Assembly (NCBI GenBank): GCA_037141755.1
Contig: JBAXBX010000002.1
Span: 28,915-92,914 of the forward strand
Source: Candidatus Saccharimonadota bacterium
GTDB taxonomy: Bacteria; Patescibacteriota; Saccharimonadia; Saccharimonadales; Saccharimonadaceae
DNA: 64,000 nucleotides
Direction: 5' to 3'
Shown here: positions 44,865 through 55,089 of the stretch, one piece after another
How positions within the stretch are numbered: position 1 is the first letter of the stretch
How the letters are laid out: the number at the start of each line of letters is the position of its first letter
Made by a program: the position numbers and the translations under genes
Notes under the pieces: generated by a model
The model's input: only the letters and a program-made list of their open reading frames with translations
What the model was told of the DNA's origin: nothing
The model's database searches: none

Positions 44865-47486
44865 ATGGTAAGCAAGAATAAGGTTTTGACTAAAATATTT
44901 GGCGACCCACAGGCGCGTCTGTTGAAGGGGTTGCAAAAAAAAGTTGTAGCGATTAATGCCTTGTCTGACAAGTATAAACAAATGTCCAAGGTTGAATTAA
45001 AAAAGCAAACATCAGTACTAAAAGAGAAGCTACAAACAAAAGGTACGACACTCGATAGTATTTTGCCTGATGCTTTTGCCTTGGTGCGTGAAGCCAGTGA
45101 CAGGGTGCTGGGGATGCGTCATTTTGACGTGCAGTTAATCGGCGGTATGACATTGCATGATGGCAACGTTGCCGAGATGAAGACTGGTGAGGGTAAAACT
45201 TTGGTGGCGACTTTACCGGTGTATTTGAACGCACTTGAAGGCAAAGGTGTCCATGTTGTGACAGTTAACGATTATTTGGCGCAACGTGATGCCAGCTGGA
45301 TGGGTGGAGTTTATCATTTCTTAGGTCTGTCGACGGGTGTTATTATCAACGAAGCATCGTTTATTTATGATCCTGAATATGACAACGAGGCTCATGATGA
45401 CGCTCGAATGAAACATTTGCGTCCAGCCACTCGTAAAGAGGCTTATGCGGCTGATGTGACCTATGGAACTAACAACGAATTCGGATTTGATTATTTGCGT
45501 GATAACATGGTTAACGAAGTTGACTTGTTACGGCAACGTGATTTGAATTTTGCGATTGTCGATGAGGTTGACAGCATTTTAATCGATGAAGCTAGGACGC
45601 CACTGATTATTAGTGCGCCAGCGGCCGAAAACCCTGACAGTTATTATCAATTTGCTAAAATCGCTGCTAAATTAGTTCCCGAAGATTACATTATGGACGA
45701 AAAACACCGTACAGTTGCGCTGACTGACGAAGGTACTGAAAAAGTTCAAAAAATGTTGGGCATTAAAAATTTGTACAGTCCAGATTATGTTCGCTCAGTT
45801 TATCACTTGGACCAATCCTTACGTGCTCAGACGCTGTTTAAGCGCGATAAAGACTATGTTGTGACTGGTGATGGCGAAGTTATCATTGTTGACGAGTTTA
45901 CCGGTCGTTTGATGCAGGGTCGACGTTATAATGAAGGTCTACACCAAGCCATTGAAGCCAAAGAAGGTGTGCCGGTGTTGCAAGAAAGTATGACTTTGGC
46001 GACGGTTTCGTTCCAAAACTATTTCCGTCTGTACAAAAAACTATCAGGAATGACAGGAACAGCCTTTACTGAAGCCGAAGAATTTCAACAAATTTATAGT
46101 CTTGATGTTATTCAGATCCCGTCGAATCGACCAATTGCTCGTATCGATGGTCAAGATTTAATATTTAAAACTGAAAAAGCCAAATTAAAAGCCGTAGCTG
46201 AAGCTATCAAAGAATATCACGCTGCAGGACGACCAGTCTTGGTTGGATCAGCTTCGATTGCAAAAAACGAGTTGATTGCATCATATTTGGATAAAGTTGG
46301 CGTCCCATACGAACTGCTAAATGCTAAAAATAACGAACGTGAAGCGGCGATTATTGAAAAAGCTGGTGAAAAAGGTGCAATTACACTGGCTACTAATATT
46401 GCTGGTCGCGGTACCGACATTAAATTAGGCAAAGGTGTGGTTGAACTGGGTGGTTTGATGGTTATTGGTTCGGAACGACATGAATCACGCCGTATCGACA
46501 ATCAGTTGCGTGGTCGTGGTGGCCGTCAAGGCGATCCAGGTGAGACACAATTTTACGTTTCAACCGAAGACGATTTGATGCGTATTTTCCAAGGCGAACG
46601 CATTGCAAGCCTGATGGATCGATTGGGTGTCAGTGAAGACACCCCAATTCAAAATAAGGCGGTGTCGAAAACTTTGGAAGCGGCTCAAAAACGCGTCGAA
46701 GGATTCAACTTTGATACTCGCAAAAACGTCGTACAATACGATAACGTTATCAATCGTCATCGTAAATTTGTTTATACTGTTCGTCGTAAGATTCTTGAAG
46801 GTGGTGATATTAAACCCGAGATGGAACGACTGATTGATTCAAAAACTCGTGAGTTAGTAGCGCTGCCTATCAAAAATAACAAAAATTTTGTTGAAAATTT
46901 CGAAGCGATTTTCCCACTGAGCGACGAAAAAATCAAAGCTATTGGTAATGAAAAAAATGATAAAGCTCGTGTTGAATTTGCACAAAGGGAAGTTGATGAG
47001 CTTTATGTTGATAAAGAGGCCGAACTGGAAACCGAAGTGTTACGTAAAGTTGAACGTGAAGTTTATCTGCAAGTATTGGATACTTTATGGATGCAACACC
47101 TCGAAAATATGCAACATTTACGCGAGGGAATTCACTGGCGTAGTGTTGGTCAACGCGACCCATTGGTTGAATACCGTAGTGAATCACAAAAGTTATTTGA
47201 CAGTTTGCAGGCAACTTTGCGTGACGAAGTTTTGCGCGCCATAATGCACGTTCGTAAAACTGATGTGATTGCTAAAACTGATGAAGAATACCAGACTGAA
47301 TTGACGCGTTTAGCTGAAAATGCTGTTGAAAAAGGTGTCAACGAAGTTACTGGTGGTGAATTAAATCGTGATAGTGACTTTAAAGTCAAAAAAGCCGTAT
47401 CGACGAATTTATCGAACAAGAAAAAACATGACTCTCGTAAGAAAAAGAAATCACAACGTCAAAATCGTAAGAAAAACCGTAAATAA
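44865..47486 (+). CDS. secA: preprotein translocase ATPase SecA (Lys-rich tail, no C-terminal zinc-finger cysteines)
   Basis: MKTGEGKTLV, DEVDSILIDEARTPLIIS and TNIAGRGTDI. Confidence 0.95.
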   Translation: MVSKNKVLTKIFGDPQARLLKGLQKKVVAINALSDKYKQMSKVELKKQTSVLKEKLQTKGTTLDSILPDAFALVREASDRVLGMRHFDVQLIGGMTLHDGNVAEMKTGEGKTLVATLPVYLNALEGKGVHVVTVNDYLAQRDASWMGGVYHFLGLSTGVIINEASFIYDPEYDNEAHDDARMKHLRPATRKEAYAADVTYGTNNEFGFDYLRDNMVNEVDLLRQRDLNFAIVDEVDSILIDEARTPLIISAPAAENPDSYYQFAKIAAKLVPEDYIMDEKHRTVALTDEGTEKVQKMLGIKNLYSPDYVRSVYHLDQSLRAQTLFKRDKDYVVTGDGEVIIVDEFTGRLMQGRRYNEGLHQAIEAKEGVPVLQESMTLATVSFQNYFRLYKKLSGMTGTAFTEAEEFQQIYSLDVIQIPSNRPIARIDGQDLIFKTEKAKLKAVAEAIKEYHAAGRPVLVGSASIAKNELIASYLDKVGVPYELLNAKNNEREAAIIEKAGEKGAITLATNIAGRGTDIKLGKGVVELGGLMVIGSERHESRRIDNQLRGRGGRQGDPGETQFYVSTEDDLMRIFQGERIASLMDRLGVSEDTPIQNKAVSKTLEAAQKRVEGFNFDTRKNVVQYDNVINRHRKFVYTVRRKILEGGDIKPEMERLIDSKTRELVALPIKNNKNFVENFEAIFPLSDEKIKAIGNEKNDKARVEFAQREVDELYVDKEAELETEVLRKVEREVYLQVLDTLWMQHLENMQHLREGIHWRSVGQRDPLVEYRSESQKLFDSLQATLRDEVLRAIMHVRKTDVIAKTDEEYQTELTRLAENAVEKGVNEVTGGELNRDSDFKVKKAVSTNLSNKKKHDSRKKKKSQRQNRKKNRK

Positions 47487-47508
47487 CAGTTAGGCAGAAA
47501 ACTAATAT

Positions 47509-48795
47509 ATGAAACATACCGTCGAAGAGATACGTTTAAAAAACGGGGCCCGAGGACTATTAATTGACGTACCTGATGCGACGACGATGAGTATGCAGTT
47601 TCAGTTTCGGGCTGGTAATCGTTATGTTAAGTCCAAAGATATCGAACAAGTAGCGCACATAATGGAACATATGGCTTTTGGGGCTAACGCTAGATTTAAA
47701 AGTGACCATGAATTTGAGTTTGAATTTACCAAAAATGGAGCTTACCGGAATGCTTACACCAGTGATTTATCAATGGTTTACGAAGCTGACTGTGCCGATT
47801 TTGAATGGTATCGAATTTTAGACTTACAAAAACTAGCAATTTGTCAGCCAAAATTTAATGAAGAAGAATTACACGCCGAAAAGGGAAATGTCAGAAGCGA
47901 ACTAACAAATTATCTAAACGACCATTATCGTATTTTGTGGCCACGTGTTCAGCAATTGATTGGTGAGGATGTCTTAACTTTCCGTCAGTCGTTACAGACG
48001 ATCAGCGCTGTAACACTAGCTGATGTACGCGAACATCACCGTCGAACTCATACGACCAACAACTTGCGTTTTGTAATTGCCGGTAAGTTATTAGGTCGTA
48101 AGGCTGAAATTAGGCGTCAGCTAGAAGATATGTCGTTGCCTGAAGGCGTACGTTTAGAAGTCCCTCGTGATGAATTATCCAAAGCTGGCCCAAGTGTGAT
48201 TCGTCGTAAGGATGCAACTAATATGACGTTTGGCTTGTTTATGGCAATTCCAAGAGAATTGAATGACGAAGAATTAGATGCTATGCATTATTTGAACCAT
48301 ATTTTAACTGGGACAATGCACTCACGCATCTTTGGCGCCGCTCGGCAAAAAGGCCTGGCTTATAATATTAGTTCGTATGTTGGTACCGGAATGTATGACA
48401 GTGGTTGGGATATTACAGGACAAGTCAACCACGAAGCTGCTGGTGAATTATTTGATATTATTGCCCGCGAAATTAAAAATGTTTTGGATGGAAAAATTGC
48501 TGATGAAGAAGTTAACGCTGCTAAGTCATTTGCACTAGGCAGATACCAAATGGGCGCTCAGACGGTGTCGCAAATTAGTGGTTTTTATACCGGACGTTAT
48601 TTTGATGATGGTTTTATTAAAGATTATGACAAAGTGCCTGAAATGATTAAAAACGTGACAGTGCAGCGTATGATAGATACGGCCAGGTATTTTATCAAAG
48701 AAGATATTTGGGTTCTAGCTGCCGTCAGTAGTGGCGACAAACAAGAATTAGTCGATTTAAATGATAAAGTAGCTGTACTTTTTGAGAAGGAATAA
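47509..48795 (+). CDS. M16 (pitrilysin) family peptidase, subunit 1
   Basis: Inverted zinc motif HIMEH (HxxEH). It is paired with a paralog downstream. Confidence 0.8.
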   Translation: MKHTVEEIRLKNGARGLLIDVPDATTMSMQFQFRAGNRYVKSKDIEQVAHIMEHMAFGANARFKSDHEFEFEFTKNGAYRNAYTSDLSMVYEADCADFEWYRILDLQKLAICQPKFNEEELHAEKGNVRSELTNYLNDHYRILWPRVQQLIGEDVLTFRQSLQTISAVTLADVREHHRRTHTTNNLRFVIAGKLLGRKAEIRRQLEDMSLPEGVRLEVPRDELSKAGPSVIRRKDATNMTFGLFMAIPRELNDEELDAMHYLNHILTGTMHSRIFGAARQKGLAYNISSYVGTGMYDSGWDITGQVNHEAAGELFDIIAREIKNVLDGKIADEEVNAAKSFALGRYQMGAQTVSQISGFYTGRYFDDGFIKDYDKVPEMIKNVTVQRMIDTARYFIKEDIWVLAAVSSGDKQELVDLNDKVAVLFEKE

Positions 48796-48798
48796 TTA

Positions 48799-50094
48799 AT
48801 GCCACTTAAACACACTGTTGAAGAAATAGTGATAGGTAACGGCATAAAGGGGTTGATAATAGACGTCCCTGATTCGACAGTTGTTTCATATGATATCAAC
48901 TTTCGAGCGGGCTATGATTATGCCGATCCGTCTATTCAGCAGGTAGCGCACTTGTTGGAACATTTGTCATTTGGAGCGAATGATAATTATTCAACAGCTG
49001 AAGAATTTAGCCAAGAATTTTCGAAGAATGGTGCAACTATTAGCGCAACGACATCTAATAGGAGTATGAGCTATTCGTCATTGTCGGCCTTGATGGAGCT
49101 AGGTCGAATTATGGACTTGTTTAAACTTGCCATTACTCATCCACAGTATAAGCAAAAACTGTTTGATGCTGAAAGAGGTAATGTACGAGAAGAGTTGGTG
49201 GCGCAGGCGAATAATCATAGCCGAGTTTTGTTTCAACAAATCCAAAGGGCTATGGGTGATACCTGCTTAATAGATTCCGAGAAGATTGAAACTATTAATA
49301 AAGTTGAGTTATCAGACATTCAAAATTTTTACACAAAAACTCATACTTTGAATAATATGCGATTTGTTATCGCAGGTAATATATCTGAATCTAAAGAAAT
49401 GATTATTGATAAGCTAAACAATTGGGATCTAACAGTTGGTGAAAGGTTTCCAGTAAAGCAGGTATCCGTAAAATCATCACCAATTGTACATTTATATCGA
49501 CCAGATCTTTCGAATTTAACATTTGAGATTACTATATTATTACCTCGACAATTATCGACAACTGAATTGGTTGCTATGGGTGGCCTAAACCACATATTAA
49601 CTGGAACGTTTCATTCTAGAATTTTCGGGAAAGCTCGTAGTCAGGGAATTTGTTATCATGTTAGTTCGAATTACGATACTGATGTTTCAAACGTATCATC
49701 ATGGGAGATATATGGCCGAGTTGGACTCGAAAATGCTGAATCACTATTCAAATTAATTATTGAACAGTTACAAAAGGTTATCGATAATGACATAACAAAC
49801 GAAGAATTGGATTCGGCAAAGCAATATGCTTTGGGTAGATATCAAATGAGAGGTCAAACAGTCGGCTCGGTTGTTGGTTGGTATGCGGAGGATTATTTTA
49901 ATCGTGAAGTTATTGAGATGATGGACCTGTCGCCAGAATCGATTAAATCAACAACGCTGCAGGATATGGTTGTATTGGCTAAAGAATTTATTGAAAAAGG
50001 CGAGTGGACTTTGGGTGGAATTGGCAATATATCGCAAGAACAATTACAATCATATTATGACTTGTTATTAAATCTTTTAAAAAAGGTGAAATAA
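48799..50094 (+). CDS. M16 family peptidase, subunit 2
   Basis: HLLEH motif and the same architecture as the upstream paralog. Confidence 0.8.
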   Translation: MPLKHTVEEIVIGNGIKGLIIDVPDSTVVSYDINFRAGYDYADPSIQQVAHLLEHLSFGANDNYSTAEEFSQEFSKNGATISATTSNRSMSYSSLSALMELGRIMDLFKLAITHPQYKQKLFDAERGNVREELVAQANNHSRVLFQQIQRAMGDTCLIDSEKIETINKVELSDIQNFYTKTHTLNNMRFVIAGNISESKEMIIDKLNNWDLTVGERFPVKQVSVKSSPIVHLYRPDLSNLTFEITILLPRQLSTTELVAMGGLNHILTGTFHSRIFGKARSQGICYHVSSNYDTDVSNVSSWEIYGRVGLENAESLFKLIIEQLQKVIDNDITNEELDSAKQYALGRYQMRGQTVGSVVGWYAEDYFNREVIEMMDLSPESIKSTTLQDMVVLAKEFIEKGEWTLGGIGNISQEQLQSYYDLLLNLLKKVK

Positions 50095-51393
50095 ATGAAA
50101 ATTGCGATTGCTGGTTATGGTCAAGAAGGTAGGTCAAGTTATCGATATTGGTCGGCTGATCCAAAAAATGAATTGACGGTTTTTGATGAAAATAAGCTTG
50201 AACAGATGGAGCCAGATGGCGTTTTTGCGATTATTGGCAATGATGCATTCTCGCAACTTAACGGATATGATTTGGTTGTACGAACAGCTGGTTTGGCGCC
50301 AAGTAAAATTGTGACTGACGGTAAAATTTGGTCGGCAACCAATGAGTTTTTTGCTAAATGTCCAGCCCAAATTATTGGTGTAACGGGCACAAAAGGTAAA
50401 GGCACAACTGCCAGTTTGATAGCGAGCATATTTGAAGCGGCTGGTAAAAAAGTATGGTTATTGGGCAATATTGGTACGCCATCACTTGACTCATTGAAGG
50501 ATATCAAGGCTGATGATATTGTGATTTACGAGTTATCTAGTTTTCAATTATGGGATTTAGAATCTTCACCACACGTTGCAGTAGTATTGTTGATTGAGCC
50601 TGACCATTTGAATGTTCACATTGATTTTGATGACTATGTTAATGCCAAGGCTAACATACGTCGTTTTCAAAAAGTAGGTGATTTGTGTGTATTCAACGCC
50701 TCAAATGAATTATCGTTAAAAATTGCCAGTGCTTCAGATACAGGTAAGGCTGTTCGGTACGCGGTACCTGACGATGGTGGAGTGTACGTAAATGATAGTG
50801 ACTTTTATGAAGGTGAACACAAAATTTGTTCAATCGATGCGTTGCAATTAATCGGTAATCATAATGTCGAGAATGCTTGTGCGGCGCTTACGGTTGCTAG
50901 ATTTTATAAATTAACAGATACGGATATCGAATCGGGCTTGCGTAAATTTCAAGGTTTACCACACCGCATTGAATATATTCGTGAAATTGACGGTGTTAAA
51001 TATTATAACGATAGTTTTTCATCGGCTCCATCGGCAACGATTGCGGCGATTAAATCATTTAAACAGCCAGAGGTATTAATATTAGGTGGTATTGATAAAG
51101 GTGCTGATTTTACTGAGCTGGCCGATGCGATTGCTGGTCGAAATAATATTAAATCAGTGATAATTATGGGCGAAATTCGTCAGAAATTAGCTGAAATTAT
51201 AAAGTCGGCAAATCAAAAATTGAAGATTGAAATAACTGATTTATCGACATTACAACCGATTATTGAACTAGCAAAATCACAGGCTGAATCTGGGGACGTT
51301 ATTGTGATGAGTCCGGGTTGCGCAAGTTTTGACATGTTTATCAATTTTTATGATCGTGGCGATCAATTTAGGGACATTGTAAATAATTTGTGA
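50095..51393 (+). CDS. murD: UDP-N-acetylmuramoylalanine--glutamate ligase (MurD family)
   Basis: GVTGTKGKGTT P-loop, Mur ligase middle and C-terminal domains, and GLPHRIE. Confidence 0.85.
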   Translation: MKIAIAGYGQEGRSSYRYWSADPKNELTVFDENKLEQMEPDGVFAIIGNDAFSQLNGYDLVVRTAGLAPSKIVTDGKIWSATNEFFAKCPAQIIGVTGTKGKGTTASLIASIFEAAGKKVWLLGNIGTPSLDSLKDIKADDIVIYELSSFQLWDLESSPHVAVVLLIEPDHLNVHIDFDDYVNAKANIRRFQKVGDLCVFNASNELSLKIASASDTGKAVRYAVPDDGGVYVNDSDFYEGEHKICSIDALQLIGNHNVENACAALTVARFYKLTDTDIESGLRKFQGLPHRIEYIREIDGVKYYNDSFSSAPSATIAAIKSFKQPEVLILGGIDKGADFTELADAIAGRNNIKSVIIMGEIRQKLAEIIKSANQKLKIEITDLSTLQPIIELAKSQAESGDVIVMSPGCASFDMFINFYDRGDQFRDIVNNL

Positions 51394-52643
51394 AACAATT
51401 TATTTTTAAATCATACGATTTTGATAAGGTTAATTCGTTAGCAAAATTTGAATATGGTTTTAATGATGGGCGAACATTTATCGAGACAGTAACATTCGAG
51501 GTCGGTGAACGATATGACGACCAATTGCTTGATAAAGCGCTTTTTTTGGCGTTTATGTTGATAGGTACATCGTATTATAAAACTTTTCCATTGGCGACTG
51601 TCAGATTAGGTTATAAGCTAGATAACTTGCAAGTTGACTTTTTTAACACAGTCTACCAAGAGGGTTTGGGACAATTTGCGTTTGAAAATAATTTAACGCG
51701 TGATGATTTGGCGCATTTTACAGCGACTGGTCCAATGCCAACTGGCGGCGTCAAATATAATGGTTCAGGGATTTTAGCACTTCAAAGTGGTGGTAAGGAT
51801 TCGCTTTTAACAGCTGAACTTTTAAAAAAATCTGGTAAAGAATTTACATCTTGGTATATTTCAAGTAGTGATAATTATCCAAAAGTATTAGATAAAATTG
51901 GCGCGAAACTGGCGCTCAGTAGGCGAAATATAGATCATGATGGTTTGCGCAAGGCCGAGGCTGACGGTGGGCTAAAAGGTCATGTACCAGTGACCTATAT
52001 TGTGCAAAGTTTGGCTATTATTCAAGCGATTTTGTTAAATAAAAATGAAGTTATTACTTCCATAGCCCACGAAGGCGAAGAACCTCACGCCTTTATTGGC
52101 GATTTGGCGGTTAATCATCAATGGTCCAAGACTTGGATGGCTGAAATGATGTTTGCGAAATATGTGTCAATTTATATTTCACCTGATTTACATATTGGAT
52201 CGCTGATTCGTGGTCTGAGCGAACTGCGAGTGGCGGAATTGTTTGTAAAAAATGTATGGCCAGATTATGGTCACGATTTTAGCTCGTGCAACTTGGCAAA
52301 TTATAAACAAGGTAACGATAACAGTGTTTTAAAATGGTGCGGAAATTGTCCAAAATGTGCTAATTCATATCTGTTGTTTGCGCCATTTTTGGAGGCAGTG
52401 GATTTAAAAAGTCTATTTGATGGCCAAGATTTATTTGTAAAACCTGATCTAGTAAATACATTCAAGGGTCTGCTGGAGATTGATGGTGTTATGAAACCAT
52501 TTGAATGTGTCGGTGAGGTTGATGAACTGCGTTTAGCATATCATATGGCGCAAAAAAAAGGCGGTTACGCGCAATTGCCGTTTGATGTGCCAGAATCGAC
52601 TTTTGATTATTTGAAAACATATCAATCGCAAGTGTCGTTATAA
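51390..52643 (+). CDS. PP-loop (SGGKDS) ATP-pyrophosphatase-like protein of unknown function, translationally coupled to murD
   Basis: LQSGGKDSLL PP-loop and a C-terminal CGNCPKC. The GTG start overlaps the murD stop (GTGA). Confidence 0.5.
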   Translation: MKQFIFKSYDFDKVNSLAKFEYGFNDGRTFIETVTFEVGERYDDQLLDKALFLAFMLIGTSYYKTFPLATVRLGYKLDNLQVDFFNTVYQEGLGQFAFENNLTRDDLAHFTATGPMPTGGVKYNGSGILALQSGGKDSLLTAELLKKSGKEFTSWYISSSDNYPKVLDKIGAKLALSRRNIDHDGLRKAEADGGLKGHVPVTYIVQSLAIIQAILLNKNEVITSIAHEGEEPHAFIGDLAVNHQWSKTWMAEMMFAKYVSIYISPDLHIGSLIRGLSELRVAELFVKNVWPDYGHDFSSCNLANYKQGNDNSVLKWCGNCPKCANSYLLFAPFLEAVDLKSLFDGQDLFVKPDLVNTFKGLLEIDGVMKPFECVGEVDELRLAYHMAQKKGGYAQLPFDVPESTFDYLKTYQSQVSL

Positions 52644-52833
52644 AAGCCCATCGGGTCCTGTTAGGTCGGGATTGGGGGTTGGGAAATGGGAAATAGGAAA
52701 GTAAAAAAGCAAGAAATAGTCTAACATAGGAAAAATAGAAAAGATGCACAAAATAACACTTCTCAAGGTCGGTGCTCTAACAGAGGGAAAATATTGCATT
52801 TTATGAAATGGTTATTAATCAACCTTTGCCACC

Positions 52834-52858
52834 TTCCAATAGCCAAATTCCAATCGCT
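52834..52858. repeat. single-arm copy of the dispersed repeat family
   Basis: TTCCAATAGCCAAATTCCAATCGC matches the right-arm type of the copies at 19696 and 44706. Confidence 0.6.
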
Positions 52859-52883
52859 AACTTAAGGTGTTACAATAAATACA

Positions 52884-53960
52884 ATGCAACCACTGTTAAA
52901 ACGACTGACAATATTGTTGACGCAAATTGATGCGGCTTTTGAGCGTTTGGACGTTATTAAAAAACAAGAACAAATTGCGGTTTTGACTAATCAACTGGCG
53001 CAATCTGAAGTGTGGAATAATCCGACTGATGCGCAGGTGAAGATCAAACAACAAACGACGTTATCAAACACAGTTGATCCTTGGGTAACTTTGCGCACTC
53101 AAGTTGCTGACATTATTGAATTTATTGGGTTGGGTGATGACAGTATGGTGCCAGAATTCGAACAGCAAACCTTGGCGCTGGAAAATGACTTTGCAAAATT
53201 ACGCAAAGAATTGTTGTATCATGGTAAATTTGACGACCACAACGCTATTTTGCGCCTAAGTGCCGGTGTTGGTGGTACCGATGCTCAGGATTGGACTGAA
53301 ATGCTGGAAAGAATGTATTTGCGCTGGGCAGATAAGTCAAATATGAAAGCAACTATAATTGAACGTTCGGCGGCCGAAGAAGCTGGCATTAAATCATCTG
53401 TGATTGAAATTATTGGCCATAATGCCTATGGGCGATTACGTAGCGAACATGGTGTTCATCGTTTGGTGCGACTAAGTCCGTTTAACAGTGACAATCTACG
53501 TCAAACTAGTTTTGCATTGGTAGAAGTTTTACCGCAAATTGACACACCCGAAGAAGTTCAAATTGATGACAAAGATTTGAAAGTTGATGTTTATCGAGCT
53601 GGTGGCAAAGGTGGCCAATCGGTTAATACAACTGACAGTGCGGTGCGTATCACACATATTCCAACTGGCATCGTAGTGGCGATTCAAAATGAGCGGTCGC
53701 AATTGCAAAATCGCGAAACGGCTATGAAAATTTTGCGGTCAAAACTAACTCAATTGCAACTTGAACAGCACACTGCTAGTATTACTGATTTGCAGGCAGG
53801 TGAGTCAGCCAATTGGGGCTCGCAAATTCGTAATTATGTTTTGCATCCATATACTATGGTTAAAGATACACGTACTAAACACGAAAACCAAAACGCCCAA
53901 GGTGTGTTGGATGGTGACATTGATGAATTCTCCGAAAGCTATTTAGAGTCAATCGCTTAA
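52884..53960 (+). CDS. prfB: peptide chain release factor 2 (uninterrupted, no programmed frameshift)
   Basis: SPF tripeptide (RLSPFNS) and GGQ ([20 protein letters not shown]). Confidence 0.9.
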   Translation: MQPLLKRLTILLTQIDAAFERLDVIKKQEQIAVLTNQLAQSEVWNNPTDAQVKIKQQTTLSNTVDPWVTLRTQVADIIEFIGLGDDSMVPEFEQQTLALENDFAKLRKELLYHGKFDDHNAILRLSAGVGGTDAQDWTEMLERMYLRWADKSNMKATIIERSAAEEAGIKSSVIEIIGHNAYGRLRSEHGVHRLVRLSPFNSDNLRQTSFALVEVLPQIDTPEEVQIDDKDLKVDVYRAGGKGGQSVNTTDSAVRITHIPTGIVVAIQNERSQLQNRETAMKILRSKLTQLQLEQHTASITDLQAGESANWGSQIRNYVLHPYTMVKDTRTKHENQNAQGVLDGDIDEFSESYLESIA

Positions 53961-53965
53961 ATTGA

Positions 53966-54952
53966 CTACTTTAATTCGGTTCCACCCCATTCAACTACAG
54001 TAAACCCTTTGCGGACGAATGGTTTTAATTCTTGAGCTGGAATACTTTGAAAACTGTCGAGTGGTTTTACGACCATAAATACCCGTAATATTGAATCAGG
54101 GGCAGGGGTGATTGTTAATTTAGCTGTGTCGGTATATTCAGTGCCAGCAAAATGTATCAAATTATACTTATTATTTTCGAGTTTTGGCAACCAATAAACA
54201 ATCATCTCGTTGTATTCTTTGGTTGTAAGGCCGAGATTTTTTAATGTTGTCTGAAGGAATGTTTTCGTGTCCGATCCCTTAACTACGAAACCAGAATCGT
54301 AATTAGGAAATGCAGTATTCGGCAAACCTTCCCAGAATAAATAGCTGTAACTTAGACCATCTTGGTGGTTTGTTAAACTGCCATCAGGATTGGCCGTAAC
54401 CTCCCAGCCATTAGTCGATTTATTGTAATCAGGATAAGTTGAAGTTAATTTACCATCATAATTTAACTCAACTTTGACGTTTTCGGTTTTGGTTGGATAT
54501 AAATATATGACTGGCTTGTCGTCTACAGTGTGTTCAAAGTTGATGTCAGTATGTGAAGAACTGGGGTAGTATGTGTGATAGTCAGTATTTATTAATTGTT
54601 GGTTTTCGTCATGCAGTCGATTTTGATTATATGCAGATAAGCCAGTCAATGCTACGGCTAAAACCGCAAAACTACCTACCAACCATAAAAGAATCTTATT
54701 TGTTTTTGAAACAATTTTTTTAGTTTTAGATTGACTAGTAAAGTAGAAGTACAAGAATATCGTTGCAGAACAGACTGATACTAGCGCCGAATAAACTACT
54801 AGGTCAACAGGACAAATACCAAAATCTAATGGGCTAAGCAGATAAGAGATAGTTATCATAGTAATAATGATAGAGCTTAGCGCAATAGTCAACGATAGTG
54901 ATTGATATTGTTGTCGTTTTGCGATTGCACCTTTTGATATATTTACACCCAT
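53966..54952 (-). CDS. hypothetical membrane-anchored protein with an extracytoplasmic domain
   Basis: 3-4 N-terminal TM helices followed by a ~200-aa beta-rich domain (KPVIYLYP...YSYLFWEG). I recognise no family. Confidence 0.5.
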   Translation of the reverse strand: MGVNISKGAIAKRQQYQSLSLTIALSSIIITMITISYLLSPLDFGICPVDLVVYSALVSVCSATIFLYFYFTSQSKTKKIVSKTNKILLWLVGSFAVLAVALTGLSAYNQNRLHDENQQLINTDYHTYYPSSSHTDINFEHTVDDKPVIYLYPTKTENVKVELNYDGKLTSTYPDYNKSTNGWEVTANPDGSLTNHQDGLSYSYLFWEGLPNTAFPNYDSGFVVKGSDTKTFLQTTLKNLGLTTKEYNEMIVYWLPKLENNKYNLIHFAGTEYTDTAKLTITPAPDSILRVFMVVKPLDSFQSIPAQELKPFVRKGFTVVEWGGTELK

Positions 54953-55089
54953 TTTTATACCCCAGTTATTTGTATAGCTAAATTATATCACTTATTTAAT
55001 CTAGCGATATTTTAATTAATTTTTAATGACAACATATTAATAATTCAATATTTGTGGTTATATTATAATTATAAGCTTAAAGGAATAAA

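Noticed and set aside
52647-52680. Possible third copy of the rpmE/serS motif (contains CGGGTCCTG and GGGATTGGGGG)
   Set aside because: Only a 9-nt exact match plus loose G-rich similarity. A 9-mer match is near chance expectation in 2 x 64 kb, and the second conserved block is absent.
52884-53960. Programmed +1 frameshift in prfB, or an alternative genetic code (UGA recoding)
   Set aside because: prfB is one uninterrupted 358-aa ORF with no early in-frame UGA. Many well-supported genes end in TGA (murD, the DGR target, the RT), and both RF1 and RF2 are present. Standard code 11 fits.
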